A DNA stretch of 64,000 nucleotides from Candidatus Nomurabacteria bacterium (GCA_020847275.1 JADLCI010000007.1:108272-172271); one strand, 5' to 3'. Positions 38,536 to 48,726 are shown, numbered from the stretch's first letter. Program-made: numbers and translations. The notes: a model not told the origin generated them from the letters alone.

Positions 38536-40197
38536 ATGACGAAACAAATTATTTTTGGTGATGACGCACGGAAGGCACTCAAGCGGGGCATTGATCAGGT
38601 GGCAGATGCGGTGCGAATTACAATTGGTCCCAAGGGACGCAATGTCATTCTAGACAAGGGTTATGGCACGCCAACTATTACCAATGATGGTGTTTCCATT
38701 GCGAAGGAGATTGGTTTGAAAGATAAGGTTGAGAATATGGGTGCCGAAATTATCAAAGATGTGGCCCAGAAGACAAATGATGCGGCGGGTGACGGCACAA
38801 CGACGGCGGTTGTCTTGGCGCAAGCTCTAATTAGTGAGGGCTTTAAGAAAACGACACTTGGTGTCAATGCGATGGGTTTACGAATTGGAATTGAGCACGC
38901 GGCTCGTGAAGTGGTTGCGGCTCTCCGTGATCTGGCTAAACCGATTAAAAACAAAGAGGAAATTAAACAAATTGCAACAATTTCAGCCGAATCAACCGAA
39001 TATGGCGCAATTATTGCCGAAGCAATTGAGAAGGTTGGGAAGAACGGTGTGGTGACAGTGGCAGAGTCTCAAAGTTTCGGCGTGGAGTCAGAATTAGTAG
39101 AGGGGATGCAGTTTGAAAAGGGTTATCTCTCGCCCTATATGGTGACAGACGCTGAAAGGATGGAGGCGGAATATCGAGATGCTCTGATTTTAATTACCGA
39201 TAAAAAAATCTCGAGTATTAAAGACATCCTACCACTCTTGGAAAAAGTCGCGCAGGGTGGAAAGAAGGAGTTGGTAATTATTGCCGAAGATGTGGACGGT
39301 GAGGCTCTGGCCACTCTGGTTGTTAATAAATTACGCGGGACATTCAATACCCTTGCCCTCAAAGCACCGGGTTTTGGTGATCGGAAGAAAGAGATGTTGG
39401 AAGATATTGCGATACTAACTGGTGGGCAGGTAATCTCTGAAGAGGTTGGACGTAAGTTGGAAAGTGTCGACTTGAAAATGCTTGGTCGGGCTCGGAAGAT
39501 TGTGGCGACGAAAGAGAATACGACAATTGTTGGTGGCGCAGGGAAGAAGGCGGATTTGGAAGCACGGATGAGTCAGATTAAAAAACAAATTGCCCAGAGT
39601 GACTCCAAGTATGATCAGGAGAAGTTGCAAGAGCGCTTGGGTAAGCTTGGTGGCGGTGTGGCCGTAATCAAGGTTGGTGCCGCAACCGAGGCGGAAATGA
39701 AATATTTGAAACTGAAAATGGAAGACGCCGTGGAGGCAACCAAGGCGGCGATTGAAGAAGGAATTGTCGCTGGTGGCGGTGTGGCCCTAGTACGGGCAGG
39801 AGTGAAGGTTGCGGGTAAGACGCTCAAATCACCGTCCGCGGATATCGCTCATGAATTTGAAGTTGGCGTGAAGGTGCTTCTTAAGTCATTGGATGCGCCT
39901 CTTCGTCAGATTGCGATCAATGCTGGGAAGGATGATGGCGAAGTAATCTTAGACAAAGTAAAAAACGGTAAGGGTAACGAAGGTTATGATGCTAATGCCG
40001 ATAAGATTGTGACCGACATGTTCACGGCGGGGATTATTGATCCAGTGAAAGTGACTAGGACTGGACTGGAGCGGGCGGCAAGCGCGGCAGCGATTCTTCT
40101 GACCACCGAGGTGGCGATTACGGATGAGGTCAAAGAAGAGAAGGAGAGTCCAATGGGTGGTGGTATGCCAGGCGGAATGGGGAGCATGGGCTACTAA
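38536..40197 (+). CDS. groEL: Chaperonin GroEL
   Basis: GPKGRNV, AGDGTTTA, GIIDPVKV, GGM tail. Confidence 0.98.
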   Translation: MTKQIIFGDDARKALKRGIDQVADAVRITIGPKGRNVILDKGYGTPTITNDGVSIAKEIGLKDKVENMGAEIIKDVAQKTNDAAGDGTTTAVVLAQALISEGFKKTTLGVNAMGLRIGIEHAAREVVAALRDLAKPIKNKEEIKQIATISAESTEYGAIIAEAIEKVGKNGVVTVAESQSFGVESELVEGMQFEKGYLSPYMVTDAERMEAEYRDALILITDKKISSIKDILPLLEKVAQGGKKELVIIAEDVDGEALATLVVNKLRGTFNTLALKAPGFGDRKKEMLEDIAILTGGQVISEEVGRKLESVDLKMLGRARKIVATKENTTIVGGAGKKADLEARMSQIKKQIAQSDSKYDQEKLQERLGKLGGGVAVIKVGAATEAEMKYLKLKMEDAVEATKAAIEEGIVAGGGVALVRAGVKVAGKTLKSPSADIAHEFEVGVKVLLKSLDAPLRQIAINAGKDDGEVILDKVKNGKGNEGYDANADKIVTDMFTAGIIDPVKVTRTGLERAASAAAILLTTEVAITDEVKEEKESPMGGGMPGGMGSMGY

Positions 40198-40228
40198 TCT
40201 AACAAGGGTTGTTGTATTATTGGGGTAA

Positions 40229-42922
40229 ATGTCTAATCCTTCATTGCGTCGAAGGGACGAGTTTATTTTGGGTGTTTTATTGGTATTTATTGTTGTATTT
40301 GGGTTTTATTATTTTTCTAATTCTTCGACGCCCGATGGATTATTTCCTAGTTTGCAACTGGCACAGATTAGTGGCCAGAAGGTTGAGGTTGTGGGACAAG
40401 AAACTATCCCGCCCACGACCCAGATTACTTCTCCTGGTGGTGGGGAAGTATTGTCTGGCCTGGTAACTGTCACCGCGACGGCCAGTGACAATGTGTCGGT
40501 GAACAGGGTCGAGCTTTGGAAGGATGAATCGCTCTTTAGAAGTACGGGTTCTCGTCCATACAACTTTATTTGGGACACAACTGCCTCTTCCAATTCTACC
40601 CATACACTACAAACAAGAGCCTATGACGCCGCCGGGAATGTTGGATTGTCGCCGACGGTGACGGTCAGCGTCTCTAATACTGGGACTCCGCCGCCAGCGG
40701 GGGATAATCCTGGCGGTAGCTCCAATTCTGATCCGAATAATCTCGCTAACGGTTCAAGTGTTCTCTTCGTTGATAAAAATAATTCTAATTGCAGTGACCA
40801 GCACTCTCGAAGTCAGGCACTTAACCCGCAGACACCGTGGTGTGGTCTCGCTGGCTTAACGGAAAATCACGGTTTAACCGTTCGCCCTGGCGACACGGTC
40901 TACTTTCGAGCGGGAGATTATACCGGACGCGAAGCGGGAATTATTTCTGACGGCACTCCGAGTGGTCGCATCACTATTAAGCCATATCCTGGCGATATGG
41001 TGATTTGGCGTGGCGGGTCTACTTCTTATGAAAGATTGTTTTCAGCAACAACAGACTATCTAACACTAGAAGGATTTACCATTGTTGGACATATTGATAC
41101 ATCGGAGGGCTCATTATACATGCCCGTGCTCCTATCTTTCTCTAATAACACTGGACTTGAACTGCGTAACCTAACCATAGAACCCTTCCAGTCTGTTAAC
41201 GATATCGGATTCGGTAATCGCTGGCCGAGTGATCATAGTAGGGAAGGTTGGGGACACGCGGTTAAATTATACAATTCTGATAACTTCAAGATTCAAAACA
41301 TAAAGATAACCTGTCAGGCCAGTACAGATGTTTACCCCGCCTTGAAATTCAACGGAGACGGACTCCAGCTTGATAACGTGAGAAATGGCGTGGTTGAGAA
41401 CAGTGAGTTTAAGGATTGTGCCCATATTCCACTGACTACAAGATTCAATTCCTATGGCGTAACGATTCAGAACAATGTCATCTCTAACGTTTTTCACACG
41501 GGCATGGCATCTGGTGTTGGCAGTCACAATAATATAATTCGCAACAATATTATAAAAAACTATAATTCTATTCCCAATGATCTATCCAACCGCTCTCACG
41601 GGATTGAACTATTGGGTGAGAATGACAGCTTAATCTACAACAATATTGTCTATAATGGAGCCAACAACGGCAATGGGATTTCTTTGGGAAATTCTCAAGA
41701 TTCCAATTTTTCACAGAACAATAACAATAAAATTTTTCATAACACTGTCTACTCTACCAATTACAACAATATCAGCTTGGGGAGCAATGGCCTGTTTGGT
41801 ACCAATAATTGGGTTAACAATAATCAGATAAAGAACAATATCACTTATGGCATCCAGCAGTATCAAAGTGAAGGACAATTCCTGCACGGGGAAATTCGAG
41901 TGTATGGTTATGACTATGAGGGTAACAACGGTTACGGCAATATTTTCCAAAATAATTTGGTGAAAGATTTCCGTCCCGAAGAAAAGCCAATCGTTAGTCG
42001 TAACTTTAGAAACAACACCTATAATCGTTACTCGGTTGCTGAATTCAATAGTTTGCCCTGGGCTTCGGGAAATATCGAAGGCGATCCCAAGTTTATTAAT
42101 CCCAGCGCGGGAGATTTTCACCTGCAAGCGACGAGTCCCGCTATCAATGCGGCACCTTGTTTGCCTGAGGTCACTGTTGATTTCGACGGCAGAAGTCGTA
42201 GTGCTGGTGGCGGTTGTACGATTGGCGCTTTCGAACTTGATCTGGTAAATCCGCCCCCGCCCCCGCCAGTTTTGGAAGAGGAACCGGTAGTTGAGGTTGA
42301 GCCACGGACCGAGGACGAGGAACCAGAATTAATCACCCCCGCTGCTTGTGGGGACGGTGTTCTCGATGCCGGAGAACAATGTGACGGTAATCTGATGGGT
42401 GGTTTAAGTTGTCGGTTGCTTGGTTTCTTGGGCGGCGGGAGTTTGCGCTGTTATTCGGGAAGTTCACCGCGGGCTTGTCGGCTTGATGTTGAGAAATGTT
42501 TACTCGCCCCCAATCAACCACCGCCAGTAAGGCAAGTCCCCGAGACAATCCCAGCCACAAAATCATCACCAGTGTCCGGTACAACCGAATCGCCAGAATT
42601 GTCCACCTGCCGAGAACGTTGGCTGTGTCGACAGGGCTGGAGTGAATGCGTGGATGGTAAGCAGACCCGTGAGTGCGTGGAACTGACCCAGTATGGCACC
42701 ACCTCTTGTCGGCCAAGGGTGGAACGAGCTTGTAATGAGAACGATCTAGCTTCGGATGTATTAGATACGAAGGCGATTGGTGAACAGGAAAAAGGGTCTT
42801 CTGTTGTTGCTAAATTGAATTTAACTCCTGTTCAGACCAAGGCCTTAGCGGTACTTGTTCCCACCTTCTTCGCAACACTAGCGATACTTGCAACGGTGAT
42901 TATTCGAACTTTTATGCTATAA
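40229..42922 (+). CDS. Large surface protein: Ig-like domain, right-handed beta-helix, Pro-rich linker, Cys-rich modules, N- and C-terminal TM
   Basis: TATASDNVSV...AYDAAGN; Asn-rich PbH1-like repeats; DFHLQATSPAIN; CGDGVLDAGEQCDG; WSECVDGKQTREC. Confidence 0.8.
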   Translation: MSNPSLRRRDEFILGVLLVFIVVFGFYYFSNSSTPDGLFPSLQLAQISGQKVEVVGQETIPPTTQITSPGGGEVLSGLVTVTATASDNVSVNRVELWKDESLFRSTGSRPYNFIWDTTASSNSTHTLQTRAYDAAGNVGLSPTVTVSVSNTGTPPPAGDNPGGSSNSDPNNLANGSSVLFVDKNNSNCSDQHSRSQALNPQTPWCGLAGLTENHGLTVRPGDTVYFRAGDYTGREAGIISDGTPSGRITIKPYPGDMVIWRGGSTSYERLFSATTDYLTLEGFTIVGHIDTSEGSLYMPVLLSFSNNTGLELRNLTIEPFQSVNDIGFGNRWPSDHSREGWGHAVKLYNSDNFKIQNIKITCQASTDVYPALKFNGDGLQLDNVRNGVVENSEFKDCAHIPLTTRFNSYGVTIQNNVISNVFHTGMASGVGSHNNIIRNNIIKNYNSIPNDLSNRSHGIELLGENDSLIYNNIVYNGANNGNGISLGNSQDSNFSQNNNNKIFHNTVYSTNYNNISLGSNGLFGTNNWVNNNQIKNNITYGIQQYQSEGQFLHGEIRVYGYDYEGNNGYGNIFQNNLVKDFRPEEKPIVSRNFRNNTYNRYSVAEFNSLPWASGNIEGDPKFINPSAGDFHLQATSPAINAAPCLPEVTVDFDGRSRSAGGGCTIGAFELDLVNPPPPPPVLEEEPVVEVEPRTEDEEPELITPAACGDGVLDAGEQCDGNLMGGLSCRLLGFLGGGSLRCYSGSSPRACRLDVEKCLLAPNQPPPVRQVPETIPATKSSPVSGTTESPELSTCRERWLCRQGWSECVDGKQTRECVELTQYGTTSCRPRVERACNENDLASDVLDTKAIGEQEKGSSVVAKLNLTPVQTKALAVLVPTFFATLAILATVIIRTFML

Positions 42923-42971
42923 TCATCCTAATATGAATAAATCAGACAATTTAACAAAAGAATAAAATATT

Positions 42972-43520
42972 ATGTGGTTACTTATAATCATTGCAGTCGT
43001 TCTCGCTTGGTTAATCTTTAGTTACAACGGGCTTGTCACATATCGCCTGCGGGCTGATGAGGCGTGGAGCGATATTGATGTACAGATGAAGCGTCGTTAC
43101 GATCTCATTCCCAATTTAATGAACACGGTCAAGGGTTATGCCACACACGAACAGACAGCGTTTGAGAAAGTGACCCAAGCTCGCAGTGCGGCGATGGGGG
43201 CAACGGGGCTGGCGGCCAAGGGTGAGGCCGAGAATATGCTTACTGGTGCCCTGAAATCAGTTTTCGCTATCGCCGAAGCTTATCCGGAACTGAAGGCCAA
43301 TCAGAATTTCTTGCAATTACAAAACGAGTTGTCAGATACGGAGAACAAAATTCAAGCAGCCCGGCGATTCTACAATAGCAATGTTCGCGACCTCAATATC
43401 AAGATTGACACTTTTCCCTCCAACTTGGTCGCCAACCTTTTCCACTTTGTGAAGAAAGAATTTTTCCAATTGGAGGCGGGGGATGAGGTGGCCCGGAAAC
43501 CAGTTGAGGTGAAGTTCTAA
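42972..43520 (+). CDS. lemA: LemA family protein
   Basis: WSDIDVQMKRRYDLIPNL, AEAYPELKAN, ARRFYN. Confidence 0.95.
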   Translation: MWLLIIIAVVLAWLIFSYNGLVTYRLRADEAWSDIDVQMKRRYDLIPNLMNTVKGYATHEQTAFEKVTQARSAAMGATGLAAKGEAENMLTGALKSVFAIAEAYPELKANQNFLQLQNELSDTENKIQAARRFYNSNVRDLNIKIDTFPSNLVANLFHFVKKEFFQLEAGDEVARKPVEVKF

Positions 43521-43523
43521 ATA

Positions 43524-44417
43524 GTGGCAACTCTCTATACTCATCAAGCAAGTAATGTTCGGAAGACCTGGGCGCTGATGCTCGGCTTTTTCCTCTTTCT
43601 TATCGTGCTTGGGTGGGTTTTTTCTCAAGCTTATGATAATCCGCTGATTCTCTATGTTTTTGCGATGTTTTCTATTTCTCTAAACCTCGTAAGTTACTGG
43701 TATTCTGATAAGATTGCCCTTGCTCTGGCCCGCGCTCGGCCCGCCTCTCGCGAGGAATTCTTCGATCTCTTTACGGCGGTAGAGAATCTGGCGATTACTG
43801 CTGGACTGCCTCGACCGGCGATTTATGTGATTGATGACCCGGCGCCAAATGCTTTCGCTACCGGTAGGAATAAAGAGCATGCGGCCGTGGCAGTGACAAC
43901 GGGCCTGCTTCAGATGATGACCAAAGTAGAACTGGAGGGCGTGCTGGCCCACGAATTATCTCATATCGGCAACCGCGATATTCTTATCTCAACGGTCGTT
44001 GTGGTGCTTGTTGGACTTGTGGCCATGATCTCCGATATCTTCTTGCGCTCAATGTTTTGGGGTGGGAATCGTCGTCGTGGTGATGACGATAGGGGGTCAG
44101 GGGTGTTTCTGTTTTTAGGGATTATTGCGGCAATTATCTCGCCGATTGTGGCGACGCTTATCCAGCTCGCCGTTTCTCGCCGTCGAGAATTTCTTGCCGA
44201 TGCCTCTGGAGCGCTTCTCACCCGTTATCCTGAAGGCCTTGCTTCCGCTCTGGAAAAGATTGGGCATTATTCGTCACCGATGAAGAGGGTTAGCACGGCA
44301 ACCTCACATCTTTTCATTTCCTCTCCGCTTGGAGGTAAATCTGGTGGCCTATCAAAACTTTTTCTCACTCATCCATCGATTGAGGAAAGGGTCAAGATGT
44401 TGCGAGAAATGGCCTAA
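43524..44417 (+). CDS. htpX: Zinc metalloprotease HtpX (M48)
   Basis: PNAFATG, AHELSH, SRRREFLADA, THPSIEER. Confidence 0.93.
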   Translation: MATLYTHQASNVRKTWALMLGFFLFLIVLGWVFSQAYDNPLILYVFAMFSISLNLVSYWYSDKIALALARARPASREEFFDLFTAVENLAITAGLPRPAIYVIDDPAPNAFATGRNKEHAAVAVTTGLLQMMTKVELEGVLAHELSHIGNRDILISTVVVVLVGLVAMISDIFLRSMFWGGNRRRGDDDRGSGVFLFLGIIAAIISPIVATLIQLAVSRRREFLADASGALLTRYPEGLASALEKIGHYSSPMKRVSTATSHLFISSPLGGKSGGLSKLFLTHPSIEERVKMLREMA

Positions 44418-44437
44418 TTTCGTATCCTAGGGTAACG

Positions 44438-44522
44438 GGAGGGTTCGCATAGCGGTCTAGTGCGCACGCTTGGAAAGCGTGTGTGGGGCAACCCACCGAG
44501 AGTTCGAATCTCTCACCCTCCG
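44438..44522 (+). tRNA. tRNA-Ser(GGA)
   Basis: GGAGGGT/ACCCTCC, CACGC-TTGGAAA-GCGTG, long variable arm, TTCGAAT; no encoded CCA. Confidence 0.95.
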
Positions 44523-44583
44523 CCCACAGTATTTAGTATCGGCAGACGCGAGTGCCCGCAATATAGTTAGATACTTACCTGGG

Positions 44584-44641
44584 TTGACATTTGCGATACA
44601 AACTCTAGGATTAGCTCCGGCTGCACTTTTACAGAAAGGAG
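44584..44641 (+). promoter_or_regulatory. Promoter and SD for two-gene operon
   Basis: TTGACA 44584-89, TAGGAT 44606-11, GAAAGGAG before ATG 44650. Confidence 0.65.
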
Positions 44642-44649
44642 TGAAAATC

Positions 44650-45753
44650 ATGTCTAGGCCCGTGGTAGTAACATTGCCAATTACACCCCGCCATACTCCC
44701 GGACTCGGCCTGATGCTGATACCGCTGGTAATGGACATTATCAGACAGCAGATGGACGGCACCGGCGTGTTGGCCCTAAACGTCAATGGCTCAAAACTTG
44801 GAAGCGTTAATGTTGAGCCACACGTACTCGGATATCTCAAGGTCTGCCAGCAGGTTGGTATCGTACCGAACGTTGTTTGGCGCGACGATCAGCAGGAAAA
44901 CGTTTATTGGATCAACCAATTCTTCAAGCAACTTACCGACGCCGGACTAATCTTCCGGGCCAAAAGGGCAGTTAAGCGCTGTCCCTGCCGGATTGTAGAG
45001 ACTCTAGCCAATGCCGAGAATTTTTCGGATGCCAGAAAGTTGTATCACTGGACTGGCAATGTTTGCTTGTGCAAAATTTGCCAATTGCCAGTGTATGAGG
45101 AAAGTGATGATGTCTACCTTTTTAGGCTACCAAAGCCAAAGAAGGGGTTTGTCGTTACACCCGAATTTACTCAAGGGGAAATTGCAAATCTGGCCAGTAG
45201 ATTTACTGGAGCAGAGTTGCTGATCTCTCGAACACGTCAATCGGCCATACCTTTATGGGTTGGTCGGGAGCGAATTTTCCTTGACCCCGACTTTACCTGG
45301 CAGCTATATCTCCCGATTCTGTGGCATTGTGGTCATCGTCCAACGGTCATGATCGGTAGCCAGAAGAATCTCTTTGGTTGCTATTTGGCCATGCTTCTGT
45401 TGGAAATCTTGGTTGGTGATCAAGTAAACTTGGTCATACCAGCTTACTGCCAGACCAAAAGTCCGGCGGATGCCACAATCATGGGACGCTTCCTTGAGTG
45501 GAACAGATCAACTGTTCGTTTGTTTCTGGCCGCTCACGTGGCCTACCATGTCAAGGATACTCGTTTTGATGTTTCGCTCTTGCGGAATATCCAGAACCTT
45601 AGTCTCATCCTTGGTGGCCAAGTAGCTACGTCATCGGGAGCTCGATCGCTCGAACAAAGCCTGTCTCGGTCAAGCGCTCGGCAATTGCGTCAGCGTCTGC
45701 TCGAGGCTCGGCGATCAGGTGTAATTGATTCACTAATCTTGGAACTTTCGTAA
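44650..45753 (+). CDS. Class I aminoacyl-tRNA synthetase (MetRS)-like fold protein with degenerate HIGH/KMSKS
   Basis: Colinear MetRS-like elements: VVVTLPIT..PGLG, FKQLTDAGLIF, CPC/CLCKIC knuckle, YLFRLP, LLISR, IFLDPDF, VMIGSQKNL; start ATG 44650. Confidence 0.55.
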   Translation: MSRPVVVTLPITPRHTPGLGLMLIPLVMDIIRQQMDGTGVLALNVNGSKLGSVNVEPHVLGYLKVCQQVGIVPNVVWRDDQQENVYWINQFFKQLTDAGLIFRAKRAVKRCPCRIVETLANAENFSDARKLYHWTGNVCLCKICQLPVYEESDDVYLFRLPKPKKGFVVTPEFTQGEIANLASRFTGAELLISRTRQSAIPLWVGRERIFLDPDFTWQLYLPILWHCGHRPTVMIGSQKNLFGCYLAMLLLEILVGDQVNLVIPAYCQTKSPADATIMGRFLEWNRSTVRLFLAAHVAYHVKDTRFDVSLLRNIQNLSLILGGQVATSSGARSLEQSLSRSSARQLRQRLLEARRSGVIDSLILELS

Positions 45754-45763
45754 GGAGCCAGTG

Positions 45764-46492
45764 ATGAAAGAATTGGAATGGTTAGTAAGTGGATGCGAAC
45801 GTGTCTTTGGAAACAACTTGCGTTGCATTCTTCTCTTGGGTTCGGTTCAGCACGGCGACACAACGCCGTTCTCCGACACCGATCTCGTTGTCGTAATTGG
45901 CAGCATGAGTCTGGCGGAGACGACACAGTTTCGGACGCTGGTCCGATCAGCCGAGATGTTGATTGATTGTTCCCTGGTTTGCCAAGATGAACTTCCGGTC
46001 AGTTCAGACCATTTTCATCTTGGTTCGCATGGTTGCTATCACCTAGAGTTGGTGCTTAAACACACCCGCTGTCTTTGGGGCAGAAATATCCTTCTGGACT
46101 TACCCAGTCCAACTGAAGAAGCCATACGGCATAGTGTGGCCGAGAAAATCTCTGAGTACACTTGGTGGGTTCGGCGAATGTTCGTTGAGTCGAATCGCCA
46201 GCGTTCGCTTGAGACAAACTACCAACTGAACAGCCGTCTGATCAAGGTGGTGCGAGATCTACTCTATCTGACAGACCACCACGGTCTCGACCAGTCCTTG
46301 GGGGAAACGATTGGGTTGTTTTTGAACAAGTATGGAGAACAGCTCAGTGAAGCAGAGCGGTTGGCCTTGCTTGGGCTAGCCGATTCTGGTCGCATTGCCA
46401 GCAATGTTGCCAACATGAGCGAGGGATATCTCGCAACACGATATTCACTGGTCAATTTTGTCTACAAACGAATGACCGAATTGGCCCTCTGA
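45764..46492 (+). CDS. Pol-beta superfamily nucleotidyltransferase with helical C-terminal domain
   Basis: ILLLGSVQHGDTTPFSDTDLVVV (hGS-x9-DhDh); AAGGAG SD. Confidence 0.82.
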   Translation: MKELEWLVSGCERVFGNNLRCILLLGSVQHGDTTPFSDTDLVVVIGSMSLAETTQFRTLVRSAEMLIDCSLVCQDELPVSSDHFHLGSHGCYHLELVLKHTRCLWGRNILLDLPSPTEEAIRHSVAEKISEYTWWVRRMFVESNRQRSLETNYQLNSRLIKVVRDLLYLTDHHGLDQSLGETIGLFLNKYGEQLSEAERLALLGLADSGRIASNVANMSEGYLATRYSLVNFVYKRMTELAL

Positions 46493-46495
46493 ATC

Positions 46496-46526
46496 AAGCC
46501 CGAGACTTGCGAGTCTCGGGCTTTTT
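46496..46526 (+). terminator. Intrinsic terminator closing the aaRS-like/NTase operon
   Basis: AAGCCCGAGACT-TGCG-AGTCTCGGGCTT-TTT. Confidence 0.88.
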
Positions 46527-46542
46527 CTTTATTCTTACTTAT

Positions 46543-47265
46543 ATGATTTACCGTGGCCGTCAAGGCGACATCGTATTTGAATTTTCTGTTTCCCCGGCTT
46601 CACGGGCGACAATTATTCTTTGTGACGGTCTACCTAGTGTACCTAAACAGCGTCAAGTGATGGATTTGTTGCAAGCTAAGGGCTACAATGTTTTTTTCCC
46701 ACGATATCGTGGAACTTGGGAAAGCGGCGGTAATTTTCTGGCCCAGTCTCCAGCCCTAGATATACTAGAGTTGGTCGCCCTGATTAAAAGCGGGTCGGTA
46801 ACGGAGCTGTATAGCAATCAAAAATTTAGTACCAATCCTAGGCTTTATTTGGTTGGAAGTAGTTGGGGAGCTACGGTGGCGTTGTCTTTGGCCGACAACC
46901 CTGATGTCGCCAGAGTTATTGCCTTTTCACCGATTGTTGACTTTGTTTCCCATCAACAGAACAGCCAAGGCCAAAATCTGCAGTGGCTTAAGCAGTTTAT
47001 TCGGCGAGCGTTCTATCAGGGATACCGCTTTGAGGATAAAGATTGGGAGCGAATGTTGTCTGGGGAATTATTTAAGCCATCGCTTAAATTGAAACCGGAA
47101 ACAACCACCATTGTTTATGACCGGTCTGACGAAGAAATTAGTTCTACCGACATAGAAACGTATTGCCAAATCGGCGGAGCCACGGCCGTTCAAGTTACTG
47201 GTATTGGCCATTTAAGTTTTTCTAAAATACCACCAGAACTTTGGGACCAAGTTCTGGTGGGTTGA
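46543..47265 (+). CDS. Alpha/beta hydrolase
   Basis: CDGLP, PRYRGTWES, nucleophile elbow GSSWG, C-terminal GIGH; start ATG 46543. Confidence 0.82.
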   Translation: MIYRGRQGDIVFEFSVSPASRATIILCDGLPSVPKQRQVMDLLQAKGYNVFFPRYRGTWESGGNFLAQSPALDILELVALIKSGSVTELYSNQKFSTNPRLYLVGSSWGATVALSLADNPDVARVIAFSPIVDFVSHQQNSQGQNLQWLKQFIRRAFYQGYRFEDKDWERMLSGELFKPSLKLKPETTTIVYDRSDEEISSTDIETYCQIGGATAVQVTGIGHLSFSKIPPELWDQVLVG

Positions 47266-47282
47266 GAAGTTGGCTGTCGGCT

Positions 47283-48599
47283 TTATTCAATAGTCACCAC
47301 CTTTTTGGTTAACTTAATCCGCGATTTGAAGCAGCTCATAAGTTCTCGTTTCTCCTCGTTAGTGCCATCTTTGAGAATGTACTTGGCATAGGTTTTGAGA
47401 TCAATTTCCTCATGCTTGGCTTCGGGATCACGTACGCCCAGCACGCCAGACTGAAATCGGTTATGCCGTTTCAGCTCTTTCTCAAACTTTATCTGCACCC
47501 CAGTCTGATTCAGGTCGATCTGGTCAAGTGTTTTGGTTAACTGTTCGGTTAGCTCCTCCTCCCGCAAGTATGGATTCTTGCAACTTCGGTCTTTGGAGCG
47601 ACCGCAGCCATAGTAAATATACTTAGCCGTCGTGCCATCCTTGAGTAGCTTGTATTTCTCCTCGGCCGAAATGCCCGAGCCACACAGGCCACAAATCATG
47701 AGTTTGGTGAAGGCGAATTCGTGACTCTGGCGGACGATATTGTCCCGCTTTAACTGCTCCTGCGTCTTGTCGAATAGTTCTTTCGTGACTATCGGCTCAT
47801 GTTTGCCCCGATACCAGTTGCCGCTTCTTTTTGGATATTCAAAGGTGCCATAGTAAAAAGGGTTTTGGAGGATTCGAAATATATTACCAAGTGCTAAGTT
47901 GTGGTTACCGACTGTCTTGAAGTTGAGCTCAAATTTGAGCCAGTGGTGAATCTTCCGCCCGCTCCACTTCTCGTAGGCCATTTTCTCAAAGATTTTCTTG
48001 ATAATGGGAGCTCTCGTGGCATCCACTATTACCTGACACTTTTTATCCATCAGTTTCTGGTTCAGATAACCGGCGGGAGCCACTCCTGGCCATAACCCCA
48101 TCTCCACTCGCGTTCTCAAACCACGCTTCACATTGATGCCTCGATTGTCATTCTCCAACTTAGCCTGCGATCCCAGAATCATTAGCAAGAACTTCTCATT
48201 TGGATTGTTACTAAAACGCTGGCCAAAGGTACGGATTTCCATGAGTTTACCGGAGTCCATTAAGTCCACGATCTTGCCGAGGTCACCAGCGTTTCTTGAT
48301 ATCCGATCTGGCGCCCAGGTGAGAATGCCATTAAACTTACCCTCTTTTATCTCTTCAACAATTTCATTGAAGACTGGTCGCTGACCAGTCTCTTTGGCTG
48401 AGTGCGATTCTCGCTTCATGGTGACGACCTCCAGATTCTCTTTCTCGGCCAGCTGGAGCATCTCCTTGATTTGGCTATCAATGCTCAAGATTTGGCGTTC
48501 TTCGGACTCTGAACTTTTACGGGCATAAAGGCAGTATTTTACCCTTACAGGGATTGCTACTTTGGCCGCTACCCCTAACGGCGATATGGCTATGGTCAT
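47283..48599 (-). CDS. Large serine recombinase (resolvase + recombinase + zinc ribbon)
   Basis: YARKSSE, QRPVF, DRISRN, NPFYYG, HEPIV, CGLCG...YYGC. Confidence 0.93.
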   Translation of the reverse strand: MTIAISPLGVAAKVAIPVRVKYCLYARKSSESEERQILSIDSQIKEMLQLAEKENLEVVTMKRESHSAKETGQRPVFNEIVEEIKEGKFNGILTWAPDRISRNAGDLGKIVDLMDSGKLMEIRTFGQRFSNNPNEKFLLMILGSQAKLENDNRGINVKRGLRTRVEMGLWPGVAPAGYLNQKLMDKKCQVIVDATRAPIIKKIFEKMAYEKWSGRKIHHWLKFELNFKTVGNHNLALGNIFRILQNPFYYGTFEYPKRSGNWYRGKHEPIVTKELFDKTQEQLKRDNIVRQSHEFAFTKLMICGLCGSGISAEEKYKLLKDGTTAKYIYYGCGRSKDRSCKNPYLREEELTEQLTKTLDQIDLNQTGVQIKFEKELKRHNRFQSGVLGVRDPEAKHEEIDLKTYAKYILKDGTNEEKRELMSCFKSRIKLTKKVVTIE

Positions 48600-48652
48600 A
48601 CCCTAAGGAATGACGCAACCGCCCGAAGGAGTCCAGAGCGTCCCGAGTAGGT

Positions 48653-48700
48653 AACCTGTTGGTAACTAAATTGCCCTTATTTTGCAACGCAAGCTAGGAT
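48653..48700 (+). repeat. Left copy of bipartite direct repeat
   Basis: AACCTGTTGGTAACTAA (48653-69)-N21-AAGCTAGGAT; matches 57665-57713. Confidence 0.85.
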
Positions 48701-48726
48701 ATTGACCTATGAAGACCTATGAACAC

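Noticed and set aside
41400-42030. AAC/AAT-rich stretch as DGR template or tandem repeat
   Set aside because: Explained by Asn ladders of the beta-helix protein
44500-44525. tRNA-Ser 3' end as att core for the downstream element
   Set aside because: No second copy seen in the window; it may lie beyond 64 kb, so untested rather than disproved
44470-44649. TTG start giving a 427-aa ORF
   Set aside because: Overlaps tRNA-Ser; promoter and SD point to ATG 44650
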